A stretch of 63,339 nt of DNA, filler included, from Reticulomyxa filosa (GCA_000512085.1; 17 parts of 17 records of this genome joined end to end with filler, not necessarily neighbours in it); one strand, 5' to 3'; counted from the first letter of the whole stretch, positions 39,175-53,897 are shown. Made by a program: numbers and translations. Notes: generated by a model not told the origin, from the sequence alone.

Positions 39175-41781
39175 CTAAGTAATACTCTGGGTCGGTGGGG
39201 GAGGTGATGAACTGGTCTGCGACGGGGGTATGGGATCCATACTCGATCTACTGAGATTGAGTTTTAAAGGGTGAGTATTGGTTCGCTTACTTCGAATCGG
39301 TTGTCTGTTCTGCACATTGTTTTGTGAGTAATTGTCAGTATCAGAGTTGCTATTGCCATTGATATCCTTGCTCTCATTTTTGTGACCGTTTGTAATTTTT
39401 GATGAATCTTTCTTGGTTTCATTTTCGTTCACATGTTGAGAGGAGTCTTTTTCTTATGTAAATTTGTGTAATGCATGCACGTATATGGATGAAAAAGAGG
39501 GAAAAAAGAGTGAATAGAAATAGTACCAACTCCAGCATTTCTTTTTCGAGTTTGCATTTTGACACATTTTTGAATAAAGTCATCATCAAATCCATGTGAT
39601 TGCAATTTGGAGAGCTCCTCTTTGGTGAACAGACAAGTGTAAAGAAACTCTTTATCCTCTTGGAAGTAATATTGAAATAATAACTCTGGCGTCCATCGTT
39701 CAAACCGATTCCAAATAAGAATTTGATTCATTGCCTTTTCAATGTGATTCAAGCGGACGATATCTTTGTCACTAATCATGTTACAATGGATAAATGGTCG
39801 ATACATTTTTAAATACGTTGCAATAATGGCTTCTCTGGAGGATACATATAAATGAGATTGATGAACATCCGAAAGGGTGGGCCCATGTTCAAAACAAAAC
39901 GCATGAATTGGGGTATAAAACGGATTTCCGACATTTTTGTCCATTGCTTTATCCGTTCCGTCCGATGATTCGTCATTGGCATCCTCATCGACCTCTTCCT
40001 CTTCTACTGTTACTCCTGTTTCCGCTTCATCCCGTTGAGGAATTGGCGTGCCATCCTGACTACTGTAATTGCCACTTTTTCTTGCTTTTTTGGTATTTCT
40101 TCTTGTCTTCGTGTTTTCTTTTTTTTTTAAATTGGCATGATATTCTTCACGTTTCATCAAATGTATTGCATCTTGAACAAAGGGACGATATTCTTCTTCC
40201 ACTATGTTTATATGACATTGTCATATTTTTTATTTGTATTATTTTCATTAATTTGGTCATTTATTTGTTTTCTCCATTCTTTTTTTTTTTTTTTTTTTAC
40301 GTCACTTTTCAAAAACAAAACATGAATTTAAAAATGGAAGAGATGGCTTTCCCATAAACGTCTTTGCCATTCTCATAATGTAATCAATAATCTCTCTTTT
40401 GTCATAGGTTTTTCTTCCTTTGCTGTCTTTGCAACGCGGAAAGCGTCGTCCATTTTGATCACGATACTTGTTTTCCATCAATCGTGTTAAATTGACGCAT
40501 TCGAGGGTGATCAAAGCAACCGCAAAGGAATCAATGGATCGATTCCACACGCCCCCGAAAATCATTTCCGGAGCGCGATATCTTCTGGTGCCATAATGTC
40601 CACGACAAGGATATTCGTCCAGATCCACCTCTCGCGAGGCCTTCGTGCTCACGCTGAAATCGATCAATGTGATCCTGGGATTCACCAGCTTCACCAACGT
40701 CAATCCATCGCATTGTGTGGTGCTGATCTTGTGCGAATTTATCATTATGTTATTGGGCTTGAAATCCAAATGCATTACTTTGCAAACGCTGTGAATATCT
40801 TATGTTTTATTACTTGTTGTTCGTATTGCACTAATTATTATATATATATGTATATATATATGTATATGTGTATGTTTGTGATTTGAATATTAAAAAAATT
40901 AACGAAACAGGAAATGGCATGTAACAATTGAAAAAAAATAATTGAAACATCGAATGGGTGCAAAAGCACTTTTTTATGAATATGAATGAACTTTTCCATA
41001 TTTATTTGATTGTCGTCTTTTTTTTCGTCACTTTTTTTTGTTTTTTTGCATTTGCATTGTTGTTGCCGTTATTGTCTTGTTCATTACTTTCATTATCAAT
41101 ATCATTTCCATTGGATGCTTGCAATGCTTTGTAATTCATCTGCAACACGTGGTCCAAGTGTTGTTGCAATGTCACTTCAAAGTAATCGAATACAAAATAG
41201 CTATGAGTTTCATATTGTCCATAGTCCAATAGCTGGATTACAAATGGACTTCCTATCTTTGGATTGTCTTCATCTCCCAGTTCACTGTTTGTAATTCGTT
41301 TCAATACACGAAGTTCACGGCGAATGTAATTCTAATTTATTTATTTTTTTGTACGCAATAATCATACCACGTCACAACCGTATACGTATACAACACTTTT
41401 TCTGCTCTCGCTTTTTTCCTATTTTCTTATTTCATTAAAGGTTATTGGAAGGGGATTAATTTTCTTTTTTATGTGAGTACATTTTTTTTAATTAACATCG
41501 TCTCCTTCTTTTTCTGGCAATTTGAGTATTTTGATTGCTTTGTAGCTGTTTTCTTTTTTGTCGTGGGCACAGTATACCGAACCATAACGCCCTTTTCCGT
41601 GATCCACTTGGATGTCTTCCACTTTCTTTGGATTTTGTAACACATAACGCTTCCCTATCATTAATTGATCACTGAAGTCCATAAAACCTTTGTCGTTGCA
41701 GGAGTAACCAGGAGCTGATCTTGAGTCATTTGATACTTTTCGTGTTGCTTCCTCATTCCCACTAGCCATTGCTTTTGCCAT
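39175..41781 (-). CDS. Divergent CMGC-group (CLK/DYRK-like) protein kinase, multi-exon
   Basis: GKGRYGSVYCAHD, KAIKIL, RRELRVLK, VIQLLDY, HLDFKPNNIMI, ITLIDFS, GTRRYRAPEMIFG and WNRSIDSFAVA. Confidence 0.82.
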
Positions 41782-42224
41782 TTCTTTTCTTTCTTCACTC
41801 AAAGAAATGCCAAAAATATCCAAATAACTCAATTTCAAAAAAAACTTTTTCTTGGTACACAGAAAAAAACAGCAAAGTACGTTAATTTGCTGTTTGGATT
41901 TCATTTAACAAACATTGTTTCAAGTTTGAAAAATTTACAAAAAAATAAGGTACAATATGAAGGGTTATGAATATTGATTCTTTGGTATCAAAATTTTGCG
42001 TGTCAAAGTCAAGAATTAACTACAAAAAAAAAAAAAAAAAAGAAAGGAGGAAAAAAAAAGTAAAAAATCAAACACAACTAATTAAAGTTACATAATCAAA
42101 CGTTTATTTTCTGGACTTTTGTGCGCATCGTTGTAAAAAAAAACAAAAACATAATAATAAAAAAAAAAGATGACGACGCACCTTTGTGACATTATTTTGA
42201 AGCTATTGGCAAACAACTCACCCT

Positions 42225-43625
<1,401 letters not shown>

Positions 43626-44536
43626 GCTTTGCCAACAATGTGGCTTAGGAAATGTTTTTTTTTTTTTTTACACGTCGCACATACAAAAAACAAAACCGAC
43701 AAAAAAAAAAAAAAAGATAAAATACTACTCTCTCTCTCTCTCTNNNNNNNNNNNNNNNNNNNNNNNNNNNNNNNNNNNNNNNNNNNNTTAATTAATTAAN
43801 NNNNNNNNNNNNNNNNNNNNNNNNNNNNNNNNNNNNNNNNNNNAGAAACGTGTGAGCGATACTGGACGATGGTATGTCCAAAATGCAGAAAAAGAAATCG
43901 GAAACTCGACAAATATGGCGTATCTTGCACATTTTTTTATCTTGAAAAACTACATTGAAATCTATCGAGAATGTTCCATTTCTTGACTTCATCAATGCAT
44001 TGCTGACTTGGAGAATGAGTTTAATTGTTTCATTTCTATTGTTATTAAATTAATATAAGTTTACATTTGATATACAATTAATTTAGAAGCTTCTCCACTT
44101 TTATAATTCAATAGCTCCCAAATGCGAGATCAGTTTATCATAATTGCTTACAATTTATTTTCTTCTGCTTTTAATCGTTTTTTTTTCCCAAGATTTTGTC
44201 AAAATTTACCCCATTCGTCGCGTTTATGAGCATTCAAAAAAGATCAATTGTTTGAGTGTGAACAAGACAAAAAAAAAAAAAAAGGGGAGACCATCATAGA
44301 AAAAAATTTATATATATCATATCATCTTTCGCTCGACCAGAAGAGATAGAGAAAAAGCAGTAAATGTCAATTTTAGATTTGGCCCAACAAAAGCACTGGG
44401 ATGAACTCTCAAACTTTTTGAATAAGCATACTTATGAACAGGCAAGTTGCGTGAAAGTGCAATATATGTACATATATAAAACAAACGCAAAACATACTTA
44501 TCATAAAAAAATATGTATATATGTATAAATGAAAAA

Positions 44537-44840
44537 GTGCTGAATGAAGAAGATCACAGTGGAAGAACAGTCTTGCCTACATGGTACTAAACGACGAAAC
44601 GAAACTGATTGAGAAGATGTTAGAGAAGTATTGCGACGTGAATATTGGCGACGGACAAGGCCAAACGGCGTTGCATTGCGCGCTGTCGGAGCCGAACAGC
44701 AACGTGTTGAGAAAAAAGGGGGGGGGTGTTCTGTCGTTGTTGTGTGGCAAGAAATATATAATGCGCAACAACGTTAACTTTGGTATTTCTGACGGCTTTG
44801 GACGCACGCCCACTGAATTGGGTTGTTCGAAAATAAGCAA
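44537..44840 (+). CDS. Ankyrin-repeat protein fragment (possibly degraded)
   Basis: DHSGRTVL, DVNIGDGQGQTALHCAL and DGFGRTP. Confidence 0.7.
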
Positions 44841-45059
44841 TGGTTCTTTATATGTGCATACATATAATACGTATACATATATGTATATATGTAGATGTTT
44901 ACTGTGTGTTAATGTATGCATGTTGGAAGGAGATAACANNNNNNNNNNNNNNNNNNNNNNNNNNNNNNNNNNNNNNNNNNNNTTAATTAATTAANNNNNN
45001 NNNNNNNNNNNNNNNNNNNNNNNNNNNNNNNNNNNNNNAAAAAAAAAAAAAAAAAAAAA

Positions 45060-47160
45060 GGGAACCGAAGCGGCAACGGCAAAGAAGAAACTGTGGTTGG
45101 ATAATGTTGTTTTGAGCCGTGTATGGAATGAGACCTTTGTTAGTGCACGCGGCAAGATGGTGCAGATACTGACCGCCTGCTTAGCATTTGCGACGGGGTG
45201 GGCATGGAAAGATGCGATCGAGGGTTTAATTTTGTACATTTATTCCGATTCCGGTGCTGAAGTGGTTAGTGATAGATGTGAAAGAAAGAAGAGGGAAGAG
45301 GAAGAAAAGAAAAAAAAAAAAAAAGCAAGACATTTATTGCTGTTGAATCTAAAAAATAAAAACGAAACCTGAACAAACAAGAATATATGTACATACACAG
45401 AGATATATAAAATATATATTTATATTTATATGTATACGTATACATACATTAAATATAAACGTTATGTTTAATGTATAAACATAGTTTTCATTATGGGTTT
45501 ACGCAGCTTCAGTTGCTTTTATTGCAGTATTGTTGACCGGTATAATATATCGAGAGTTCAATAACATGGCGATGTCATTGAAACGTAACTTGGAATCGTA
45601 CCGCTCTTGGATAGAGACGGAAGATAAGAAAAGCGTCAAGACGACAAGGCATAATACGATTGAGATGCAAAGTCATGACAGCAATGGTGGGGACAGCAGA
45701 CCTGGAACTGTGACCGCAGTTGCAGTTGCAGTTGTAAGTGCAACCAATTTGGACGAGGAGCAAGCAGGGAAGCAAGACGTAGCCAGGTCCCAGGAGCAAC
45801 GACAAAGAGACAAAGAACATACACTAATGTTCGTAAAGGAGGAGGTGCTGTATCGTCTTTTCCCTTTTATGGAAACCATGATGACGCTGTTTTCGGCGTG
45901 GGCATTTCGAGACACTATCAATGTCACACTGGTCGCACTCGGAGCCAAGCCGGGCACTGCCGTCGGTATTTCCATTTTGTGGGCTTACGCTATTTCGCTT
46001 CTGGCTGTTGGTTTGTTTTATTTTTATTTTTATTTTTTTTTTTTAAAAAAAAGTTGGTCTATAACAGGAGGAGGACGGTATATAACGACACTTTAAGACC
46101 TTCTCTTTTTGTTTACGTGCATTCTCAACCACTTCTCTCTTTCTCAATTGGTGAATATGTAATAATGAGGGGATGTTTAAAAAAAAAAGGGATGATGTTT
46201 GCGGTTGCAATGGGCCATCGAATGCAAGCCTACTCGAAAGAAATCCGTATACTCCGACGAAAAGGTATCCGATTTGAATATTTGTACCGCGTCCAACGAC
46301 ATCAAAAAGAATACATGAAAGTGTGGCTGGACGAATGGGACGAGCATGTTGCCAAGGGTCATATAAAAACAAGTGACGCTTATGACAACGACGATGAAAA
46401 TAACGTCGAAAATGACATTGAGGAGGATGACATCGCCAATGCCAAGAGCGATGATAAAAAAAACAGCGGGAACATTCCCAATGCCGAAAGTCGGGGAACA
46501 TTGCCGGAACATGGCGACCACGAAATCGAGATGAATAGCCCAAAAAGAGAGTCGGTCATTATCAATAAAAACGATAACGATCATGACAATAACAATAACA
46601 ATAACAATAACAATAACAATGACAATGACAATAACAATGACAATCAGCCAAAAAGTATTCAATCTCTCCCAGAAACGGAAATGGATATAAATTTGTCGCC
46701 AAACATGAAGATGACAACCAATGCCAATGACAAGGACGGAGATGAAATACCTCGACCCAACTCTCAATCTCCAAAGAACGAGAAGCCTGCAAAGAATGGA
46801 CATGCCGCCATATTCTCCACTCCCACTGTGGAGACAAAGCAGCCGGGACACAAGTCCAGGCCTTCGCTGTCCGAGGGACCAAGTCCGCGGGAAATGAGCA
46901 GGGCTATGTCGGTGGGCAATGTTAAGCGGCGTGGCGCGGGACATGGCCCGCGCCAAAGTGTGAGTGTGAGTGTGAATGAATGGTATGACCATTTCCGCTA
47001 CCAATCTCTGCCCAACTTTGTGTCTGCATTGCCGGAGCTTTTCAACAACAATGAGTTGCTACGACAGTCACTTGAGACGCAAAATCGTGAGAGCTTTGAA
47101 AACAAGAATGACAAGGAAGACAATGCAAATGTAAATGCAAATGCAAATGCAAATGCAAAT
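45060..47160 (+). CDS. Membrane protein with two DUF5654-like helical-hairpin units and a low-complexity C-terminal tail (partial; introns 45265-45484 and 46011-46189)
   Basis: Unit 1: LTACLAFATGWAWKDAI...SLWVYAASVAFIAVLLT. Unit 2: MMTLFSAWAFRDTI...ILWAYAISLLAVG. Both introns preserve frame. Confidence 0.6.
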
Positions 47161-47260
47161 NNNNNNNNNNNNNNNNNNNNNNNNNNNNNNNNNNNNNNNN
47201 NNNNTTAATTAATTAANNNNNNNNNNNNNNNNNNNNNNNNNNNNNNNNNNNNNNNNNNNN

Positions 47261-48552
47261 TATAGCGCCTATTTAGTGATTGAGCGCGTGGTGGTGAGAA
47301 GTAATCAAAGTAAAAGCAACGAGAACGAACGACATGTGTGGAAAAGTGGAGCAAGCGGCACTTACAGGGTTCGTGATGACAGCGATAACCCGTACCTGAT
47401 AAAACGGGGAACTGAGATATACTTATACTTAAAAGATGATTGCGCAAACTTTTGTAAGGAAAAAACTATAAAAGAAATTATTAAAAAGCACTCGCAATTT
47501 GTTTTCCGGATCAATTTGTTGACAATCAAAGAAGAAGAAAAGTTTTGCGTTGGTGTTTAATTTATTTTGGATATACGTACATACGTGGGGGGAAGCGTTG
47601 TTACTTTTTTTTAAGACAAAAAAAAAAGACACATAAATTGTTATTTGTGCCAAAGAAGGCACCATTTGAACCGACGAGGAAAGAGAATAACATTAAACTA
47701 TTCGTTCCAAGAGTTTTTATTATGGATGATTGCAATGATCTTTGCACTAAATATCTGTCGCTAATTCGTTGTGTAGCGGACATCGAAGGTTTGACATTGA
47801 AATTTAGTATGGAATCATTGCAGCAAAATAAAATATTGAAGGTCATCCAGAAAAATGTATTAAAAAAGTGTTTGGAGCTATTCGGCGAAATTGCAGAAAA
47901 TAAGGCCAACTGCAAAGTATTATACGAGCAGCACAAGAATATCAACCTGGGAGTTAATGAAGACTCAAAGAATCACAATAAATTAGCAGATTTGCTGAAA
48001 TATCACTCGACCAAGTATAGTGGAGAACTCAGATCGCTCAAAGAACATGTTAGTATAATAAAGGAAAATCAAAAGCACCTATACTACACTACAGGAGAAT
48101 CTCGAGCAAATGTGGAAGCGTCAACGTTTTTGGAAGCATTGAAGAAGATATACTTTGAAGTTTTATTTTTAGTGGACCCTATCGACGAATTCGCTGTCCA
48201 ACAATTGCGAGAATGTGATAGAAAGAAATTTATATGCGTTATCAAAGAATGTTTCGATTTACCCTTGACCGAAGAAGAAAAAGTTAGTTTTTTTAAAAGT
48301 ATACTTCTTTTAAAAAAAAACTAAAAACATTAGGTATAATTGATTTGTATGTTTTTATAGAAACAAGAGGACGAAAAAGTGGCTTATGAATTGCTGACGA
48401 AAAAAATAAAAGAGATCATGTGGTACAATGTGGAAAAAGTCATTTGTCAAATAGTTGATTCTTCTTGCTCGTTGGCTAAAGTAGAATATGGATGGTCAAA
48501 GGATATGAAAAAAATTATGAAGGACTTGTTGATCAGTGGACTAAGCTTGTAG
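47261..48552 (+). pseudogene. HSP90: Degraded cytosolic HSP90 copy
   Basis: RGTEIYLYLKDD, IIKKHSQF, LLFVPKKAPF, NNIKLFVPRVFIMDDC, LQQNKILKVI and EVLFLVDPIDEFAVQQL. It has deletions, substitutions at normally invariant sites, and a premature stop with no MEEVD. Confidence 0.9.
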
Positions 48553-49231
48553 GAGCCAGTAAAATTTACTGGTCATATCTATAAATTAACCAAATTGGTT
48601 TGTAAGCTGCTTCTTCCTTCGGCTCATCATTTTCATCATCAAAAATGCGCTGATGCACAAACGCTGCAACAGAAAATGCCGACTTGGAAAAGGGAGACAT
48701 GCAGGCAATTGAAGAAATTGATTATTCTTTGTTGTGAAAAAATTGTAATTCTTTTTTTGTTTTACCACTGTTTGTTTTTTAATTTTTATTTTAAATTTGA
48801 TTTTTTTGAAATTACCTTCTCAATTTTCTCACTTATTCAGCAACAAGTTTTTTTAAAGTGTTATCAAGTCTTGTCCTGAAAATACTTTTTTAAAAAGAAA
48901 GTTGCTATATCATCGGTCTTTGATCCACAAAAAACTAATCCTTTCTACTAACTTTAATAAAAATTCTTTAAGTGCCAACAAAGACTAAATAACAAAGATT
49001 AAAAAGAATCTGTACAATACAAAGCAATTTCAGTTTTAAGACAATTTTTTTTAACAAGATAGTTTAGAGGAAAAGTTCAATGCACACTTCTATAGTAACT
49101 TCAAAAAAAAAGAGGATGCTTATGAGCTCAAGAGAAAAAGTTTTATGAAGATACTATTGGAAAGTTGTCTGATTTTGTTCAAAAAAAATAATATATAAAT
49201 AACCTTTTTTAATATTCTTTCCCCCCCTCAC

Positions 49232-49735
49232 TAACAACAGCAAATTGAAATCACAACAGCCAGTCGCAAATGCATATCCATCATCCTGATACGTCCAAAC
49301 ATGAAACATGACTATCGTATGGCAAATTATACAAATAGTCTCCTCGCAACGTGCTCTATTTGTATAAGCAAAAAAAAAAATTTATTATTATTTTAAAGTT
49401 CAGTTCTCCTCATTCCCCCCCCCCCCCTCATCATTTAGAGATGATTACAATTTTTTTTATTTATCTGTTAACATCAGCAGCAGTATGTCCAGTGAAATTC
49501 GCAACATCATGTTCATCTTTTCTTGTTAAATCAACTGACCCTCTAACAAATAATGAAGGATTCTTTTTATTCACGCCCACACATGACATCATTTGTGTGA
49601 ACCGCGTACACGTTTTTTAGAGTTCTGTTTTCGATATACCACAATACGCATGTGCCATCTCCACTGGAGCTAATCATCTCTGAATTGCAGCTCAAATAAC
49701 CGTCGTGTTTTTCTAATTCTCTGTCTAATTCCTTT
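49232..49735 (-). pseudogene. Degraded heterotrimeric G-protein beta subunit copy
   Basis: Manual translation gives RELEKHDGYLSC..MISSSGDGTCVLW...HTNDVMC...LFVRGSVD...FTGHTAADVN and DSHVSCLDVS.DDGYAFATGCCDFNL, matching G-beta repeats, with deletions and frameshifts. Confidence 0.82.
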
Positions 49736-49878
49736 TTTTTTTTTTTTTTAAGTTTAAAAAGAATGTCAATTTTAACAGNNNNNNNNNNNNNNNNNNNNNN
49801 NNNNNNNNNNNNNNNNNNNNNNTTAATTAATTAANNNNNNNNNNNNNNNNNNNNNNNNNNNNNNNNNNNNNNNNNNNN

Positions 49879-49913
<35 letters not shown>

Positions 49914-49934
49914 TTTATTTGTAATTCATTAAAG

Positions 49935-50755
49935 TAATAAACTTGAGCGTTTCCAAATTGGTCTTGTAGGATTCAATTTCCTCTTTTAATTTTTTGTTTT
50001 CTTGCTCCAATGTTTTTTTGTCGCGCTAAAGCAAAGAGAAGGAGAGAGAGAGAGAGAGATGATCGCACCAAACCAAAAAAATTAGTGTTTGTTTTGTTTT
50101 TTTTTTTTTGTCCAGTCAATTGTTTATTTGATGTAATTTTTTAATATTGGAGATGGTTGATTGAACCGATTCAACTTTATGGCTTGTTATTGTTGGCACA
50201 AAGTCTTCTGTGTTACTTTCGTTTGACTCATCAGCACTGTCCATATCCTATATTTATCACAATATATACACATTTATGTATTGTATATGGTCCCTCCCCC
50301 CCTCCTTGCTTGCTTTAATTACATTTTTCAAATGCTACAATTGCCCCAGAAATTTTGTGGTTTTTTTTTTTTTAAAAAAAATTTTTTGTTCAACTTCTTG
50401 CAGCTCTAAAAGTGATAAGTCCTTTTCTGTGTCATTCCTTCCAAATCCAAAAGTCTTGTCTCCTGCATCTTGTGTTCGTGGCTTCTTTGTCGACTTCGAT
50501 CGCTCTGTTTCCTTATTGTCTGTTTCACCATTTTCGAACTCTTTTCGATTCCTTTTTCGAGAGATCCCCACAAAGGTTGAAAATGGTAATGGTTTCTTGC
50601 CTTTCACAAGACGACGAGAGTTGGTTTTCGTCTATTTGTTCCCACCCCCGACGAACCTCGCTTTTATTAATTAATGTCTTATTTTTGACGAAACAAACAA
50701 AATACCTGTCTTTGCTTTAATTTTCGAGTGCCTTTGGCGTGCTTTTGTGTTGGCA
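49935..50755 (-). CDS. Hypothetical basic/coiled-coil protein (multi-exon, partial)
   Basis: Coding-like segments (RKRNRKEFENGETDNKETERSKSTKKPR; DKKTLEQENKKLKEEIESYKTNLE) separated by intron-like DNA. Confidence 0.4.
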
Positions 50756-51233
50756 TTGTTGATCGATGAAGAAGGCTTTTTCAAAATTCCACAAGGGACT
50801 CACGTTTGAACTTCAACTTTAATTTCCAGTTTGGGACGAGGCTAAGGAAAAACTAAAAAAAAAAAAGTTGTGTTGTATATTTTATGGACACTGAAAGAAA
50901 ACAGCACAATTTTTAAAAACATCTACATGTCATATGATTATAAAAACAACACTTGAGGTCTTCAATAAAAAGTTTTGAAAGCGTTAAAAAAAAAATAAAG
51001 TATTGTATAAAGCGTTTTCAAACTTTGTTTTTCAGCAGTAAAAGAAACTATTACCGTCCATAAAGCATGTTACTTTTGCAAAGAGAAGTTTGCAAAAGTA
51101 ATAATTATTATTATTGAGCTTGTACATAAACTTCTTGCAAAGAGTTACCAGTTTCAAAAAAAAAAAAAGTCAACATGTAAAAAAGGTTAATATTGTGTTG
51201 ATAATAATAATTATGTTGTTTTTTGTTCAACAT

Positions 51234-52429
51234 TTACTTTAATTTTAGTTCATCCATACTCTGTTCTTCAACTTGCCCAGCAACATTTTCATAAGTAGTG
51301 AACGCCAGTTGAGAACCGTCGTGTCGCGGTAATGAGGAATGAACAGCAGAAGGAATGACAATTTGTTCAGCAGGATTGTCTTCTTTGAAGGTTTCTTCAT
51401 TGAGCGGTGTTTCTACATTTTCAATCCTACTAGCAGGTTCGTCAGCATGTTTGAATTCTTGAACAGCCGTGTCATCTGTAAAGTGAGTAATATCAGCCGC
51501 GTCAGCCGAGCTGCTGACATTGTGAGTTAATTTGGTGATTAACTTGGCGGCCTCTTCCATTTCTTCATTGATGTCAATATTTCCTTGGTTTGCAGTTTCA
51601 TCTTCCACAGCAACAATAGCAGTAGCAGCAGCGCCACCGCCACCAGCAGTAATATCCGCCTTTTCATTACTCAGCTGTAACTCTGGTGTTTCGGGCTCTG
51701 CTTTTTTCTCCTCCATCACCGACTCCACCTTTTCCTCGTGATCCACCACGGCCATCATTCCCAACTCTCTCTCAGCAACGCCATAAATCATGTGTTGCGA
51801 TTCATGTTTCAAGACGTCTGATGGCGTGAGTGACGTCGCACTCAATGAAAACGGTTCCTCTCGTCGTGCATTGGAGAATACATCAACAGCAGGTTCGTTT
51901 GTTATCACTTGGGTTTCTATTGAGGTAATATCCGATTCGACGTCATCTTTTTTTATTTCTTCCGACGCTTCCATTCGTTGTGCTTCTGTTTCTACTTCTA
52001 TTTGTGATGATGGCAATGGCTGTCCTTGCATGTGCACGTGCACGTGCACGTGCTCTTGCTCTTGTGGTTGCGACAGAGGCTCTTTGTCATGGGCAGTGAT
52101 CATCGCCGACGAAGAATTTGGTGGCTCCACTTTGGGATGAGACACGGTTGACGTAATTTTGGCGGGCTTGTAATGCCTAGGAACGTCCACAAAGACATTT
52201 TGACGCGATTCGTAATGGATGGAAAAAGTTGAAAGGAGAGGTTGGTCGGTGACTTGAATCCAATCCTTTTTGTTGGTGGAAGCTTGCAATGTCTTCATCG
52301 ACTTGAGCGTGTCTGTGACACTGCGCAAGCCTTTGCTGGACTGAGCGCTGTTGGATAAGTAGTTTATCGCATAGCTTCTATTTTTGCTTTTCGTTTTGCT
52401 TTGCATTGCCGCAGAGATGGATGTATTCA

Positions 52430-52466
<37 letters not shown>

Positions 52467-52916
52467 GTTATTATTATTATTATTGGCATTGTTATTGTTA
52501 TTGTTATTCATATTGGCAATGCCAGTAAGTGCAGTGTCGCTAGCAATGGAGCGTAGACTCCAATCCGACGAAGCGTAATTGCCTCCGATGCTGTTGCTGT
52601 TGCTACCACACTTTTGGGCTTCGATGACAATGCCGGTCAACAATTGAATCCCAGGCGAAAATGCCATCAAATGGATGTCACTCTTCACACTCGAGTTGGC
52701 TTTGATCACGCCCAGGTACTGTTTGCTGCAGTTCACCGGCAGCAAGTACCCACTGATGTTCTTGTCCAAAGACAGCCACAAGCGATAGGGGTAGCGTTCT
52801 TGATTGAAGATGTGCACGGTGACTGCAAACGGCTCGTACACGATCGTTTGGCTGGGACACTGCACTATCAATACCTCAATGTTCGTGTGGACTTGGTCCA
52901 GTTTCTTGCAAAACAA
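51234..52916 (-). CDS. TRAPPC13: TRAPPC13-like protein, last exon, with long disordered acidic tail
   Basis: IEVLIVQCPSQTIVYEPFAVTVHIFN...SKQYLGVIKANSS...LMAFSPGIQLLTGIVI matches the C-terminal Ig-like domain of TRAPPC13. Confidence 0.72.
52430..52508. repeat. (TTA/TTG)n microsatellite encoding poly-Asn on the minus strand; similar tracts at ~46586-46642, ~54866-54905, ~55440-55520 and ~56207-56248
   Basis: Trinucleotide and hexanucleotide runs visible directly in the sequence. Confidence 0.9.
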
Positions 52917-52943
52917 CGACTATACCACATTACACACATATAA

Positions 52944-52977
<34 letters not shown>

Positions 52978-53897
52978 NNNNNNNNNNNNNNNNNNNNNNN
53001 NNNNNNNNNNNNNNNNNNNNNTTAATTAATTAANNNNNNNNNNNNNNNNNNNNNNNNNNNNNNNNNNNNNNNNNNNNGAGAGCATTCTTTTACATACCAG
53101 AAGTTATAAGAATATTATGACAGTATTTGTTAATCCATTTTTTTTTTTGTAGCTATTGAGATGATTTATGATTATATGTGCTCATGTAAAACTTGTGCAA
53201 CTATTTCTGCAGCCGTAATTGATTGAACACGAAATGTTATATTTTGTTTTTATTGTAATGTAGTATGCTATTCGTGCAAATATATAATTTTTTAAAAAAT
53301 CTTTTCACAAAAAAAAGAAAGCGTGAGTGTAGTAACATTGTCATATTAATGAAGGAGAATTTAAAACATCCATTAAAAACAAGAGAATAAATTGAGAGAA
53401 AGTGAAAAATTTAGGGAGGAGTTTTACTGCAACAATCGCTGTTAAGAGGAAAAAGGAGTTCTCTCAAACTTTTGCCTTTTGTAATCTTTTTTGTTCTTCA
53501 AAATTTTATTTCGATAATATGTTTTATTTGCAAGTGTATTTATCTGAATAAAAAAAGATGAACTGAAATTATAACCGTTCAATTGTTCTAATAAATCATT
53601 AGTGGAAAAAATCAAAAAGCTTAATACTGACAATATTCGATCCATTCGCTTTTTGTATCGTATTTTAAATGAAACAAGCAATCAGCTTTTCAAAAACATT
53701 ACTTTCAACCCAATATAGAAAATACGACCTTAATTTTACCTGAAAACTAAAACAATATTTGCGACAAAAAGTTTGTAAAAAGTTTTTGAAGGACCTATAA
53801 ATAGGGGCTTTTTTTTTGAAGACTAAAGCAGGCCAATTTATATTTTTTTACTCTCTTTGGATAAATCAAGGAGAGTTGTCAAATTCAAAGAATAATA

